Origin: Eledone cirrhosa
Lineage: Eukaryota
DNA: 64,000 nt
Assembly (NCBI GenBank): GCA_964016885.1
Contig: OZ024759.1
Span: 8,618,001-8,682,000, forward strand
Direction of reading: 5' to 3'
In this document: one piece after another, positions 1-14,263 of the stretch
How positions within the stretch are numbered: the stretch's first letter is position 1
Layout of the letters: each line of letters starts with the position of its first letter
Program-made: the position numbers and the translations under genes
Notes under the pieces: generated by a model
What the model saw: only the letters and a program-made list of their open reading frames with translations
What the model was told of the DNA's origin: nothing
Database searches by the model: none

Positions 1-410
1 ACCTCACATAATATCTCACATGACATTTACATTACTCTATATATACTATTATATTTTCACAGTAAAGGCTTTACCTCACATAATATCTCACATGACATTT
101 ACATTACTCTATATATACTATTGTATTGTCACAGTAAAGGCTTTACCTCACATAATATCTCACATAACATTTACATTACTCTATATATACTATTGTATTG
201 TCACAGTAAAGGCTTTACCTTACATAATATCTCACATAACATTTACATTACTCTATATATACTATTGTATTGTCACAGTAAAGGCTTTACCTCACATAAT
301 ATCTCACATAACATTTACATTACTCTATATATACTATTGTATTTTCACAGTAAAGGCTTTACCTCACATAACATTTACATTACTCTATACTATTGTATTT
401 TTGCGGTAAA
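1..410. repeat. 72-bp minisatellite (internal repeat of the piggyBac-like MITE)
   Basis: Unit recurs at 1, 73, 145...; same unit as 31735-32215. Confidence 0.9.
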
Positions 411-719
411 CACTTTATTTCACATAATATCAAATCTATTAGATTTTGATATTTATTTTGAGAACAATACCTTAACATCAGTATGAGTGGCCAGTTACAG
501 CTAAAGAGTTAAAAAATACTGAGTTAACCTGAATCTGTGATACAAAACTTTTCTTTAAAATGTTTTGATTAACCTTTTCATTAAAGACATTTCCATGAAA
601 TTAGAAAATAAACAACAACTTGGATTTAGTAATACAGAGGAACCTCAGTTGACAAACATCTCGGTTCATGAATAGCATCTCAAGTAAGAAACACACAAGC
701 TGGCAACAATGGTTGGCAA

Positions 720-1221
720 CATATGGTAATGAAAGGGTTAATGACATAGACAGTGTCTTTCATTAGAAATATGGTAATGAAAGGGTTAATGACATAGACA
801 GTGTCTTCCATTAGAAATATGGTAATGAAAGGGTTAATGACATAGACTGTGTCTTTCATTAGAAATATGGTAATGAAAGGGTTAATGACATAGACAGTGT
901 CTTCCATTAGAAATATGGTAATGAAAGGGTTAATGACATAGACTGTGTCTTTCATTAGAAATATGGTAATGAAAGGGTTAATGACATAGACTGTGTCTTT
1001 CATTAGAAATATGGTAATGGAAGGGTTAATGACATAGACAGTGTCTTTCATTAGAAATATGGTAATGAAAGGGTTAATGACATAGACTGTCTTTCATTAG
1101 AAATATGGTAATGAAAGGGTTAATGACATAGACTGTGTCTTTCATTAGAAATATGGTAATGAAAGGGTTAATGACATAGACAGTGTCTTTCATTAGAAAT
1201 ATGGTAATGAAAGGGTTAATG
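720..1221. repeat. 48-bp minisatellite
   Basis: ATATGGTAATGAAAGGGTTAATGACATAGACAGTGTCTTTCATTAGAA, about 10 copies. Confidence 0.95.
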
Positions 1222-1725
1222 TTTTATACCAAGCTACTCCAAACTACCCCTAAAACAAACCACATATTTTAAAGGGTTCCTATTTAAATTATAATCTTCC
1301 AACATAATTTATTATTTTTGTTAAGTTATGTTACAAATACCATCTTAAAAATGAAATAATTATTTTAAGAAATCATTCCACATTCAGTGAAATAGTGTAT
1401 TTCATTAGAAATCAGGTCACAAGAGGGATAAATACCTCTAAGGATGGTCAACTGGGAGTTGTTAGAGCATTTGACAAAATGCATTGTGGCATTTGTTCTG
1501 ACTTTTTAAGTTTGGAGTTCAAATCCCACTGAAGTCAAATCTATCCTTTCCAGGATAGATTTGACTTTCCCTTATCCCCAGAAAATTTCTGGTCACACAC
1601 ATCAAAATGTTTCCACTCAGTAGCTTTAAAATGCTGTCATGCAGTAGTTTTAAATATTTTTGCTCAAATCACCAAACATTCTACTCAGCAGCCGAGAAAG
1701 TTAATGAAGGAATTAAACAACTAAC

Positions 1726-1902
1726 CTTCACCATTTCCTGGGAAGCCATATTTTTCAATGATGCCCATCTCAATTTGTGTTGCTAAAGGAAATACAAGCT
1801 GCATAGATTTCAGCATGTCATTGCCAGCACCTTCCCGAGCTTCGTCTAATCGAGCTAAATTTTCTTCCAAGTTCAATGTGTCAAGAATTTCATTAAGTAC
1901 CA
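1726..1902 (-). CDS. C12orf57: Protein C10 / C12orf57 homologue, coding exon 2 (VVLNEILDTLNLEENLARLDEAREGAGNDMLKSMQLVFPLATQIEMGIIEKYGFPGNGE); last exon lies outside the window
   Basis: Matches C10 family motifs (DEAR..A.NDM.K..Q.V.P.ATQI....I..YGF...GEG); TTTCAG acceptor and GTTAGT donor; 177 nt. Confidence 0.9.
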
Positions 1903-1954
1903 CTGAAATAGAAACAAATTAATTATCTAAATTATTATCATCATCATTAGTCAT

Positions 1955-2418
1955 GTTGCTACTGTATTATTGAGCACGGCTCTGTGTGCCTTGGGAATGT
2001 GCAGTGTTGTCACTGTACTACTGAGCACGGCTCTGTGTGCCTTGGGAATGTGCAGTGTTGTCACTGTACTACTGAGCACGGCTCTGTGTGCCTTGGGAAT
2101 GTGCAGTGTTGTCACTGTACTACTGAGCACGGCTCTGTGTGCCTTGGGAATGTGCAGTGTTGTCACTGTACTACTGAGCACTGCTATGTGTGCCTTGGGA
2201 ATGTACAGTGTTGTCACTGTACTACTGAGCACGGCTCTGTGTGCCTTGGGAATGTGCAGTGTTGTCACTGTACTACTGAGCACGGCTCTGTGTCTTGGGT
2301 ATGTGCAGTGTTGTCACTATATTACTGAGCACCGCTCTGTGTGCCTTGGGTATGTGCAGTGTTGTCACTGTACTACTGAGCACGGCTATGTGTGCCTTGG
2401 GTATGTGCAGTGTTGTTA
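1955..2418. repeat. 51-bp minisatellite
   Basis: About 9 copies; explains the 17-aa periodic ORFs. Confidence 0.95.
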
Positions 2419-3575
2419 TTTCTAATGTATTGAGGGTACTCTACGTAATGTGTGCCCTAGTAGTACTATTTTCTCTATACTGTATATATTTATAACTCCT
2501 GGAGTTTAGGTTATGTATCTGTTTTTTCATTATTATAGGGATTGTTTTTGTTTTCATCATCGACATTGAGATTATTTCTATCTCTAGATCTTAATATTTG
2601 GGCTCTTTCTCCATTTCTTTGAGAGAGATAGTGTCATCTATGGGGATTGATATTATTATTATCATGATTATTAAATCGAGGGTGGTGGATTGGCAGTATC
2701 CGTAGAGCATAGAGTTACGGCCCTTTATGTTCTGAGTTCAAATCCCGTTGAGGTTAGTTTTGACTTTCATCCTTACAGGGTCAATTAAATAAAGTACCAG
2801 TAATGCACTGGGATCGATTTAATCGACTTTCCCCTGCACAATTGTCAGCCTTGTGCTTAAATCAGAAACCATTATTAAATAGGGCGATGGATTGGCAGTA
2901 TCAGTAGAGGGTCGGACGCCATGCTTTGACGCATAGAGTTACGCCCCTTTGCATTCTGAGTTCAAATCCGGCCGAGGTTAACTTTGCCTTTCATCCTTAC
3001 AGGGTCGATAAAATAAAGTACCAGTAATACACTGGGTAATTGCTGGCCTTGTATCAAAAGTAGAAACAATTATTAAATAATTGAGAATCGGTTGAGGATC
3101 AGACAAAATGTTTTGTGGCATTTTGTTACTGTCATCTACGTTCTGAGATGAAATGTCACCCACGTCAACTTTACTTTTTATTCTTCCAAGGTTGATAAAA
3201 TAAAGCACCAGTCAATATAATCAACTTTTCCCTTCCCCCAAATTGCTGGCCTTGTGCCAATATTAGAAGCAATTATTAAAGAGGGCGCTGGGGTGGAAGA
3301 ATCTTTAGAGCATCAGACAAATGCTTTGTGGAATCTCATCGAGGCCAGCTTTGCCTTTCATCCTTCCGAGGTCAATAAAGTACCAGTCACATGCTGGGGT
3401 CGATTTAATCGACATACCACTTCCTCCAAATTCCCTTTGAAGAAAATTAAAATATCTCATAAAAATTCACCAGATTTATTACATGTTAGGGCTTGCGTCT
3501 GTATGTATATGTGTGTATGTATATATATATAAAGTTAGTAATATATTACTGCCTATCACTATTTAGGGTTTGTAA

Positions 3576-3677
3576 TCCCGCCGAGGTTAACTTTGCCTGT
3601 CATCCTTATGGGGTCGATAAAATAAAGTACCAGTAATACACTGGGTAATTGCTGGCCTTGTGCCAAAAGTAGAAACA
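3576..3677 (+). mobile_element. 5'-truncated tRNA-derived SINE with an 18-bp target-site duplication
   Basis: ACTATTTAGGGTTTGTAA at 3558-3575 and 3678-3695. Confidence 0.85.
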
Positions 3678-3753
3678 ACTATTTAGGGTTTGTAAAAATA
3701 TATATAACTACAAAAGGTTTTTCTATATGCATAACCATAAATAGTATCCTTAA

Positions 3754-3813
<60 letters not shown>

Positions 3814-4751
3814 AAAGAATGAAACGAAATTTCATTTTTCACTCTTAGTATGGCTGGTACTTAAATGTATGTATACGTACATACATATATGTATACAGAC
3901 GTACAGTAGTATAATATATATACATACATGCACATATATATATATATGTACGTATGGGTTTACCGACCATTTATTATAATGTTCGGTGTGTTTGTAAACA
4001 AACATCCCGAATTACGCCGTAAAGTGTTCAGGCAACCATCGTCATATACACAACAAATTAGATATCTTAAATCCTTTACTAGCCTTACAAATGTTTCAAT
4101 ACAACTTATTTAACTAATGGTTATGCTATTGGTTTAGTAAAGGGAAAGGTAAAAAATATATGAGTATAACAAAGCATTATTAAATATCTTCAGAAGCAAT
4201 ATAAATGATTCTACAATGACCTGGTAATCAGCAAGCTCTAAAGAAGCATATATATATATATAGAGAGAGGTGGGGGTTAACTTATTAATATAGTCATTAT
4301 ATCTGTGTGTATTGCTTCTCTATCATTTTTGGTGTTGCAGACGTTCATTATTTTCCGACATCAATTTTGTGTTGGGGGGACAGCTGCACACTAAGTACTA
4401 CGCCATTGATGTGGAGTTGTAGGAGCGCCATAGTGTTTGGTATTTTTTTAATTTGGAGGGGCCCTTCCCTCTCCAAGTGTGAACACAGCCCAGTTTCTTC
4501 CCGAGAAGGAAGAAGTGAGACAGATATAAAAGAAGAACCGACCAACTATAAGTCTGGTATACTCTTTTTACCGACATCGAAAAGATGAAAGACAAGGTTG
4601 ACGACAGTGAGACGGACCCGGAATAGGTTCTTCGGCGAAACACTTACAAATATTAAAAAAAGATACAACGAAGGCAACCAGCTTATAACAACAATAACAG
4701 AAACAGCCACATATAGAGACGACATAAAGCAATACTAAGACGTTCTGCTAC

Positions 4752-4794
4752 CTTTGCAGTCTTCGCTTGAAAAGTGTTGTCCCGATGCGGCCAT
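4752..4794 (-). CDS. C12orf57: Protein C10 / C12orf57 homologue, coding exon 1 (MAASGQHFSSEDCK)
   Basis: AAAAATGG start context and phase-1 donor GTAGCA; joins exon 2 in frame; resembles MASAS...LSAEQAK. Confidence 0.75.
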
Positions 4795-5439
4795 TTTTAA
4801 AGCTGAATATAATTACAAACGGTGTCAAGTGAAATTAATCCCCAATGTAAAAAAACAAACCAACTCAAGATGCTTCTGACTAAACATAAATATGAGTCAG
4901 TTGACACAAATTCGAAGATGAGAAAGAGAGCGGAGTACGTGGGTAGGTAGATAATTAGGGTGCATATGAAAGCGTATGCGATATGTTTGGGTATAATAAA
5001 AAATACAAGTATTTCACGATAAATAATGGGAAGAAATTCTCAAGCAGAAGGTCTTCAGAGAACTCCCCACTCGAGTGTCACAGCTATTTCAGTCATCATA
5101 TGAGTAATAGCTTATATTGCTGAAAGTAATAGCTTATATTGCCGAGTCCACTGTTCTTTCTGTGGCCACCGAATTATACGTTATTATTGTCACATCCTCA
5201 CTTCACTTCTACAGTTTATTCTGCTTCATTGGGTTGAAATAGAAAATTGTAATTTACTGTTCCTGGTTCAGTTACCTACAAGATACCACAGGAAGCTTAT
5301 TAAAAAGCTAGGGTCCCTTGAACCCCAGGCTATTGCGGTATGTGGTCCTTATTCTTGATGCGACCTTTGGCACTACACAGTGGCGTCCTGTTCGTGGGAT
5401 GGTCCTGCCTTCAACGTAACATTTTGGTGCTAAATCTTC

Positions 5440-5610
5440 CATACGTATACCCCTGTGTATCTCTCCCGTCCCCTCTTTAGGGAGTAAAGCGTTAATTTCT
5501 TCAGCCTCTCCCAGTAGCTCATCTCCTTCATTGGGGCAACCCTGTTGGTGTAACTTCGTTGGATTGCTTCAAGTTCTGCAGTTAGTTTGACTGTGTGGGG
5601 TGACCAATAG
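5440..5610 (-). pseudogene. CR1/L2-like LINE C-terminal fragment
   Basis: Minus-strand translation WSPHTVKLTAELEAIQRSYTNRV...MSYWERLKKLTLYSLKRGRERY. Confidence 0.7.
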
Positions 5611-6429
5611 CCTCACCAACCTGCAATTAGCCAAGTGTAGTGAGTACAGCTACACCACTGACATGACCAAGACCAAATAGAAGCAGATCAATCAGGGTGG
5701 GTTTCCTCCAACAGGAGAAGGCCCTGGGTGAGAGAGATATTTATTTATAAACGTACTGAATTTCTTTAGAAATACGAAATTCCAATACATATATGTATAT
5801 AGCTATGCTAGAAGCTAAATTCTAATTCTGTATATACATACATATATATATATATATGTATGCTCTAAGTGGTAAGGGTGTTGGACAGTCAATCGTAATG
5901 TCATGGTTTTAATTCCTGGACTAAGTTGTGTGTTGTGTTCTTGAACAAAACACTTCATTTTACATTGCTCCAGTATACTCAGCTGAAAATAAGTACCAGC
6001 AACAATAGCTGGGAGTTTAACTCTGCAATAGACTGGCATCTTGTCCAGAGGAAGTTGTGTACTCTCGGTCACTTGACACCATGGAAACCAGGATAATCAC
6101 CGGTCTGATGAACCTCTGGGCTCGGAGCAGACTTTAGACGATACTCTAACATAGCCACAAGCCTATTTACACACAGATTACTGTTGATGGAAGTTTCTCT
6201 CTTACAAATATAAACAATGCAGAGTTCAACTGCTCTCGAGCCAGTGAAGCCTTAAAAAAGATCAGTTGGGGCCTACTTTGGTGTTGTAGCAAGCTACTTT
6301 CCTTTGGTATATTGATACACTGTCCGTATGTTATTTGGCTAAGTTAAGCCAATTGTTATCCACGCACGAATATGTATTTACAATTTCCACCCAAACCAAG
6401 ACTTTCCCGCTTCTTTTAATAAACTAATC

Positions 6430-7272
6430 CTCTTTGCTGGGCCCTCTATGGGGTCCACTTGGGGTAGGGTCTCTTTCTCCCATGCATTCTCCTCATTCAG
6501 TAATCTTTCATAATGGCTCTTCCAGGCATCTTTCTTCTCAGCACTTGTGAGGGCAAGCTCACCTTTATTATTCTGGATACACTTCTCTCCAATGACATCA
6601 CAATTTTCTCTAACACACTGCCTCGCAATCTTGAACACCTCCTGTTTCTGGTCCTCATGCTGCAAAACATTCTTGAATTTTCTTTCCTCTGCTTCCCTCC
6701 TAGCTAAGTATACTTGTCGCCTAGCTTCCCTCCTAGCTAAGTATACTTGTCGCCTAGCTTCCCTCGTGGTCTCTATGTAATGTACCCTGCTTCCCCCCCC
6801 CCCATTCTTCTATTCTTTCCATACCTGTCTCTTGGCCTTAACTGCCTCATCTACCTTATTGTTCCACCAAGTCACTCTCCTCTTCCCTGTGGTCTTGCTC
6901 CAACCACAGATCTCATCCGTTGCCTTTAGTAAGTTATTTTTTAGGAACTCTCAGTGCTCTTCTACATTGAATGTCTCTATCTGTTCTTCTTTACTGTCAT
7001 AGGCGTCAAGTAAGATATCTTTAAATGTGTTACTGGCTGAGGGGTCTTTCAGCTTCCAGATCTTTCTTCTCCAGGTTGCCTTCTGTTTCCAAGTAACCCT
7101 AGTTCTGACAATGAGGTCGCTGACAACTAAGTTATGTTGGGAGGTACATTCCTCACCCGGGAAGGATTTTGTGTTTACAACTGTCAATCTATCTCGTCCT
7201 CTGATAAGGATAAAATCTATCTGACTAGAATGCTCCCCTGATCTATAAGTGATCAGATGGTTGTCAGGTTTC
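6430..7272 (-). pseudogene. Degenerate RTE fragment (end of endonuclease to pre-RT region)
   Basis: Fragments VVNTKSFPGEECTSQH and KREVF..ARQCVRENCDVIGEKC...DPIEGPA align to the intact ORF, with frameshifts. Confidence 0.85.
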
Positions 7273-7739
7273 TGTCTCTGAATTAAAGCTTTGCAAGGAC
7301 ACTTGGTAACTCATGGATTCATGTATTTATTCGGGGTTGTTCCACTATCCTCAGTTCATCCATAGATAACAGTAAACAAGAATTTCTTTGGGGCAGGGTT
7401 AGAAGGACTGTAGTAGTAATGGCAGAATTTGTTGGGGCTGGTAATGGGTAAGGACATGTTGCTGTGGTTTGATTGGTTGAAAAGCCTATGGTGGTGAGTG
7501 GGGGTGGGCAGTAGGTAAATTGTGAGATAGGTAGCCATCATGGCGTATATCGTCGCTGAGGATTCGGGGGAAATAAGCAGATCAGATACAGGTAGGCATG
7601 TTCAACAAGGTGAATGTGCGAGAATTTCGAAGACAGTCACCGACTAAATGATAGATTGATTAGAATAAGGTTGAATATGTAGACAAACATCCAATACAGT
7701 CATTTTCTCTTCTACCTGTCTTCTCTTATCTCTTTACCT

Positions 7740-8470
7740 GTGGGCATTTGCTGCTACTTATTGCACCTGAGCACCGGCCACATGTAAAATCTGTATTCTA
7801 AGTTAGTTTACCTGTGATCCCACATCTTTTATGCACCCATACTTTGCATTTGGAACATAAAACGGAGTTTCTGCCTACTCCTTTCCTACACACTGAGCAT
7901 GGCCATTTCCCAGATGGGACCAGTGCCCTATTTTCCTTCCTACATACTAGAACTTTAGACTTAGACAAGTTAATTTTAAGGCCTTTTGATTCTAGGCCAT
8001 GCTCCCATGTTTCGAATTTCTTCTCTAGTTCAGCCATTGATTCGGTTTTGAGCGTTAGATCATCTGCGTATAGTTCCCATGGGCAGCCGGTCTTGAACTC
8101 CTCTGTTATAGCCTGGAAGGCGATAATAAATAGGAGGGGGCTAAGAACGGAGCCCTGATGAACACCAACTTTTACGCTAAACTCTTCACTATATTCGTTG
8201 TTAATTCTAACCTTGCTGACTGTTTCTTTATACATGGCGTGTATAGCTCGCACAAACCATTCATCTACTCCTAGTTTTCTAAGAGCCCACCAGATAATGG
8301 GGCACGGGACTCTGTCAAAGGCTTTCTCCAAGTCAACAAAAGCTAAGTATAGGGGTTTACTTTTAGCTAGGTACTTCTCCTGTAGTTGTCGTACAATGAA
8401 AAGAGCATCTGTGGTACTTTTACCTGACACCAACCCGAACTGCATTTCATCTAGATCAATCCGCTCTCTG
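7740..8470 (-). pseudogene. RTE RT fragment, including the PHD-like finger
   Basis: IRERIDLDEMQFG...YADD...CSVCRKGVGRNSVLCSKCKVWVHKRC, highly similar to 25180-25920. Confidence 0.9.
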
Positions 8471-8974
8471 ATATACATACATATACATATATATATATGT
8501 ATATACATGTTCATATATTCCATAATTTTCACTTTTTATTACATTTTTTTAGTAAAAACAAAAAAATAAAAACAAAAAAAATTGTGTAGTTTTTTCCTTT
8601 TTTTTTTTTTATTAAAATGCCAACATGACAGGAATGATGTCGACTACAGTGAAGACGATGATGATGATGATAAGATGATAATGAAGATAATGATGATGGC
8701 CTGGTCTACAACAACATTGATAATATCATCCCAAAGTGGCAGTGCCCCAGCATGGCCACAGCCTGTATGTTGGAATGAGTAAAAGAGTAATGATGAGAAT
8801 GAATGTGAAAACAACAACAAAAACAAGAGACTAAACTCAAGAATTTGAACTGCTAGAAATAGCAGTCAAGATCATCCTCATATCTCACTAGTTTCTTGAC
8901 AAAATTAATAAATTAAATATTGGTGTCAACGTTGCCCCTAATTTTTCCCAACAACAGAAGAACATTTGGTGAAT

Positions 8975-9890
8975 ATCCCTGTACCCCTGGATTATAACAG
9001 GTAGACTGTACCCCTGGTTTACAGTAGGTACACTGTATCCCTGTGTATATCTAGTTTACAACAGGTACACTGTATCTGTGTGTACCTGGTTTACAATAGG
9101 TACACTGTATCCCTGTGTATACCTGGTTTACAACAGGTACACTGTATCCCTGTGTGTACCTGGTTTACAACAGGTACACTATATCACTGTGTATATCTAG
9201 TTTACAATAGGTACACTGTATCCCTGTGTGTATCTGGTTTACAATAGATACACTGTATCTCTGTGTATATCTAGTTTACAATAGGTACACTGTATCCCTG
9301 TGTATGTCTGGTTTACAATAGGTACACTGTATCCCTGTGTATATCTGGTTTACAATAGGTACACTGTATCCATTTATATCTAGTTTACAATAGGTACACT
9401 GTATCCCTGTTTATATCTAGTTTACAATAGGTACACTGTATCTCTGTGTATATCTAGTTTACAATAGGTACACTGTATCCCTGTGTATGTCTGGTTTACA
9501 ATAGGTACACTGTATCCCTGTGTATATCTGGTTTACAATAGGTACACTGTATCCATTTATATCTAGTTTACAATAGGTACACTGTATCCCTGTTTATATC
9601 TAGTTTACAATAGGTACACTGTATCTCTGTGTATATCTAGTTTACAATAGGTACACTGTATCCCTGTGTATATCTAGTTTACAATAGGTACACTGTATCC
9701 CTGTTTATATCTAGTTTACAATAGGTACACTGTATCCGTTTATATCTAGTTTACAATAGGTACACTGTATCCCTGTTTATATCTAGTTTACAATAGGTAC
9801 ACTGTATCCCTGTTTATATCTAGTTTACAATAGGTACACTGTATCCCTGTTTATATCTAGTTTACAATAGGTACACTGTATCCCTGTACA
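8975..9890. repeat. 37-bp minisatellite
   Basis: TTTACAATAGGTACACTGTATCCCTGTGTATATCTAG; a second array lies at 32382-33186. Confidence 0.95.
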
Positions 9891-10724
9891 GATGTAGAAG
9901 AATGACCACCCAATATTGTTTTAAAGTACTTTCACTTAGTTCATAGACACCCAGGTTTGGGATCACTGTCCTGGATATATAATAAGATGGAATGGTTATG
10001 ACCAGAATTGCTTTCACTCTGGGTCTGCTGCCAAATCACAGCTGACCTGGGCTAAACAACTGGAGTTGCCACAACCAGCTCTAGAGTCCTTGCAGCATAT
10101 ATTTGTTCCATCCCTTCCTGTTCTGAGTTCAACTGAGGTCAACTTTGTTGTCTTTCTGAAGTCAATAAAATAAAGTACCAGTCAAGTTCTGCGGCGGATA
10201 TAATCAACTTTCCACCCCCATCCCCTAATTGCCGGCCTTCTGCCTAAATTAAGAACCACTTAAGGCTGCTCGATTGGCAGAATTGTTAGAGCGCCAGACA
10301 AAATGTCTTGTGGTATTTGTTCCGATTCTTTACGTTCTCAGTTGAAATCCCACCAGGGTTAACTTCACCTTTCATCTTTCGGGGAAAGGGTCAATAAAAT
10401 AAAGTACGAGTCAAGTATTGGGGTGGGTTTAATTAAACTAATTAAGGTCTGTGTTAGATCTAAACTAATTAAGGTCTGTGTTAGATGACCATCAGTTCTG
10501 ACAAGTTTGGGATACAAAAAATCAAAATGATAAATTTGATTGTTGTAGTTTGGGACGGGAGGGGCAAGGAATGGAATTGACTGACACCATCACAAATAAC
10601 ACAAGGGTGCCAGTTATATTACTGGTACTAATATCAGTAGTGATAAAAAAAGTGTCATTATTGCTACTCCAAGTAGGGATTGAACTTAGCACACCTGAAT
10701 CTGGCACCCCTACTTTGAGGAGTA

Positions 10725-12450
10725 ATAGACACAACATGTCTACCTCTAGTTATAGACACAACATGTCTACCTCTGAGTTATAGACACAACATGTCTACCT
10801 CTGAGTTATAGACACAACATGTCTACCTCTGAGTTATAGACACAACATGTCTACCTCTAGTTATAGACACATGTCTACCTCTAGTTATAGACACATGTCT
10901 ACCCCTGAGTTATAGACACAACATGTCTACCTCTGAGTTATAGACACAACATGTCTACCTCTAGTTATAGACACATGTCTACCTCTAGTTATAGGCACAA
11001 CATGTCTACCTCTAGTTATAGGCACAACATGTCTACCTCTAGTTATAGACACAACATGTCTACCTCTAGTTATAGACACAACATGTCTACCTCTGAGTTA
11101 TAGACACAACATGTCTACCCCTGAGTTATAGACAAAACATGTCTACCTCTGAGTTATAGACACAACATGTCTACCTCTAGTTATAGACACAACATGTCTA
11201 CCCCTGAGTTATAGACACAACATGTCTACCCCTGAGTTATAGACACAACATGTCTACCCCTGAGTTATAGACACATGTCTACCTCTGAGTTATAGACACA
11301 TGTCTACCTCTAGTTATAGACACAACATGTCTACCCCTGAGTTATAGACACAACATGTCTACCTCTGAGTTATAGACAACATCTCTACCTCTGAGTTATA
11401 GACACAACATGTCTACCTCTGAGTTATAGACACAACATGTCTACCTCTAGTTATAGACACATGTCTACCTCTGAGTTATAGACACATGATGTCTACCTCT
11501 AGTTATAGACACAACATGTCTACCCCTGAGTTATAGACACAACATGTCTACCTCTGAGTTATAGACAACATCTCTACCTCTGAGTTATAGACACAACATG
11601 TCTACCTCTGAGTTATAGACACAACATGTCTACCTCTAGTTATAGACACATGTCTACCTCTGAGTTATAGACACATGATGTCTACCTCTAGTTATAGACA
11701 CAACATGTCTACCCCTGAGTTATAGACACAACATGTCTACCCCTGAGTTATAGACACAACATGTCTACCTCTAGTTATAGACACATGTCTACCTCTAGTT
11801 ATAGACACAACATGTTTACCTCTAGTTATAGACAAAACATGTCTACCTCTGAGTTATAGACACAACATGTCTACCTCTAGTTATAGACACAACATGTCTA
11901 CCCCTGAGTTATAGACACAACATGTCTACCTCTAGTTATAGACACATGTCTACCTCTAGTTATAGACAAAACATGTCTACCTCTGAGTTATAGACACAAC
12001 ATGTCTACCTCTAGTTATAGACACATGTCTACCTCTAGTTATAGACAAAACATGTCTACCTCTGAGTTATAGACACAACATGTCTACCTCTAGTTATAGG
12101 CACAACATGTCTACCTCTAGTTATAGGCACAACATGTCTACCTCTAGTTATAGACACATGTCTACCTCTAGTTATAGACACATGTCTACCCCTGAGTTAT
12201 AGACAACATGTCTACCTCTAGTTATAGACACAACCTCTGAGTTATAGACACATATCTACCTCTAGTTATAGACACAACATGTCTACCTCTAGTTATAGGC
12301 ACATGTCTACCTCTAGTTATAGGAACAACATGTCTACCTCTAGTTATAGGCACAACATGTCTACCTCTAGTTATAGACACAACATGTCTATCTCTAGTTA
12401 TAGACACAACATGTCTACCTCTAGTTATAGACACATGTCTACCTCTAGTT
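10725..12450. repeat. 24-29-bp minisatellite
   Basis: TATAGACA(CAA)CATGTCTACCTCT(GA)GT variants, with an internal TAGACA..TGTCTA inverted repeat. Confidence 0.95.
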
Positions 12451-13111
12451 TCACTGAGGAGTTGTTTATAATGATGTGAGCTGTTATCATAACACTTTCG
12501 CACACACAAACATAGCGAGACAAAAACACACATTCACGACATGCACATACATACACACATTCACACACACACACACTTAAATGGTTTTTTTTTTGGTTTT
12601 TTATAATTCAATTTTATTTTTAATTTTCTATTTATTTATTGGGGTTTTTTTTCAGTTTTTGATCTTTGAAAAAAAAAATGTACATTTGAAATGTCTTTTG
12701 TCACAACTGACTGACATATTGCACCAGAGTCAGTTAAAGATGGGGGAGGGATAGAAACTAACCCCACTAAATAGAAGACCAACAGAAAAAGAGGAATAGT
12801 AAGGATGTGGTAGTTAAATCAATCCAAAGAAACAATATTTCCATTATTGATACTATCTGTTGGTGACAACTGTCAGAAGAAAGGAGCTGATTTTTAGATC
12901 TAGGAAACTATCTTTCAATTTGTCTTCCCATTGCTGATACTATCTATCTTGATTACAACTCCTAATAGCAGAAGGAGGGGATGTGATTTGAACTCAGAAC
13001 ACTTACACAGCCATGACAGGTCCCCTCCAATATTGCTACCATTCAACCCCCAACAATCTGAACTGATAATTTATTAATCAAACCCGTGAAAGAACGATGA
13101 AGTTCTTGTCA

Positions 13112-14263
13112 GCAGGATTTGAACTGAGAGAGTAGTAAGCCAGGATTTGAACTGAGAGAGTAGTAAGTCAGGATTTGAACTGAGAGAGTAGTAAGCCAGG
13201 ATTTGAACTGAGAGAGTAGTAAGTCAGGATTTGAACTGAGAGAGTAGTAAGTCAGGATTTGAACTGAGAGAGTAGTAAGTCAGGATTTGAACTGAGAGAG
13301 TAGTAAGTCAGGATTTGAACTGAGAGAGTAGTAAGTCAGGATTTGAACTGAGAGAGTAGTAAGTCAGGATTTGAACTGAGAGAGTAGTAAGTCAGGATTT
13401 GAACTGAGAGAGTAGTAAGTCCGGATTTGAACTGAGAGAGTAGTAAGTCCGGATTTGAACTGAGAGAGTCCTAAGTCAGGATTTGAACTGAGAGAGTAGT
13501 AAGTCAGGATTTGAACTGAGAGAGTAGTAAGTCAGGATTTGAACTGAGAGAGTAGTAAGTCAGGATTTGAACTGAGAGAGTAGTAAGTCAGGATTTGAAC
13601 TGAGAGAGTAGTAAGTCAGGATTTGAACTGAGAGAGTAGTAAGTCAGGATTTGAACTGAGAGAGTAGTAAGTCAGGATTTGAACTGAGAGAGTAGTAAGT
13701 CAGGATTTGAACTGAGAGAGTAGTAAGTCAGGATTTGAACTGAGAGAGTAGTAAGTCAGGATTTGAACTGAGAGAGTAGTAAGTCAGGATTTGAACTGAG
13801 AGAGTAGTAAGTCCGGATTTGAACTGAGAGAGTCCTAAGCCAGGATTTGAACTGAGAGAGTAGTAAGTCAGGATTTGAACTGAGAGAGTAGTAAGTCAGG
13901 ATTTGAACTGAGAGGGTAGTAAGCCTGGATTTGAACTGAGAGAGTAGTAAGTCAGGATTTGAACTGAGAGGGTAGTAAGTCAGGATTTGAACTGAGAGAG
14001 TAGTAAGTCAGGATTTGAACTGAGAAAGTAGTAAGCCAGGATTTGAACTGAGAGAGTAGTAAGTTGGGATTTGAACTGAGAGAGTAGTAAGTCAGGATTT
14101 GAACTGAGAGAGTAGTAAGTCCGGATTTGAACTGAGAGAGTAGTAAGTCAGGATTTGAACTGAGAGAGTAGTAAGTCAGGATTTGAACTGAGAGAGTAGT
14201 AAGTCAGGATTTGAACTGAGAGAGTAGTAAGTCCGGATTTGAACTGAGAGAGTAGTAAGCCAG
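13112..14263. repeat. 28-bp minisatellite
   Basis: CAGGATTTGAACTGAGAGAGTAGTAAGT, about 41 copies. Confidence 0.95.

Noticed and set aside
5074-5092. AGTGTCACAGCTATTTCAG resembles the 5' end of vertebrate U7 snRNA, which neighbours C12orf57 in human
   Set aside because: No U7 Sm site or 3' hairpin follows, so it is probably a chance match.
6080-6135. GAAAC...CTGATGA hammerhead-like words
   Set aside because: The stems do not close in a hammerhead topology. The sequence matches a SINE tail also seen at 38630-38690.
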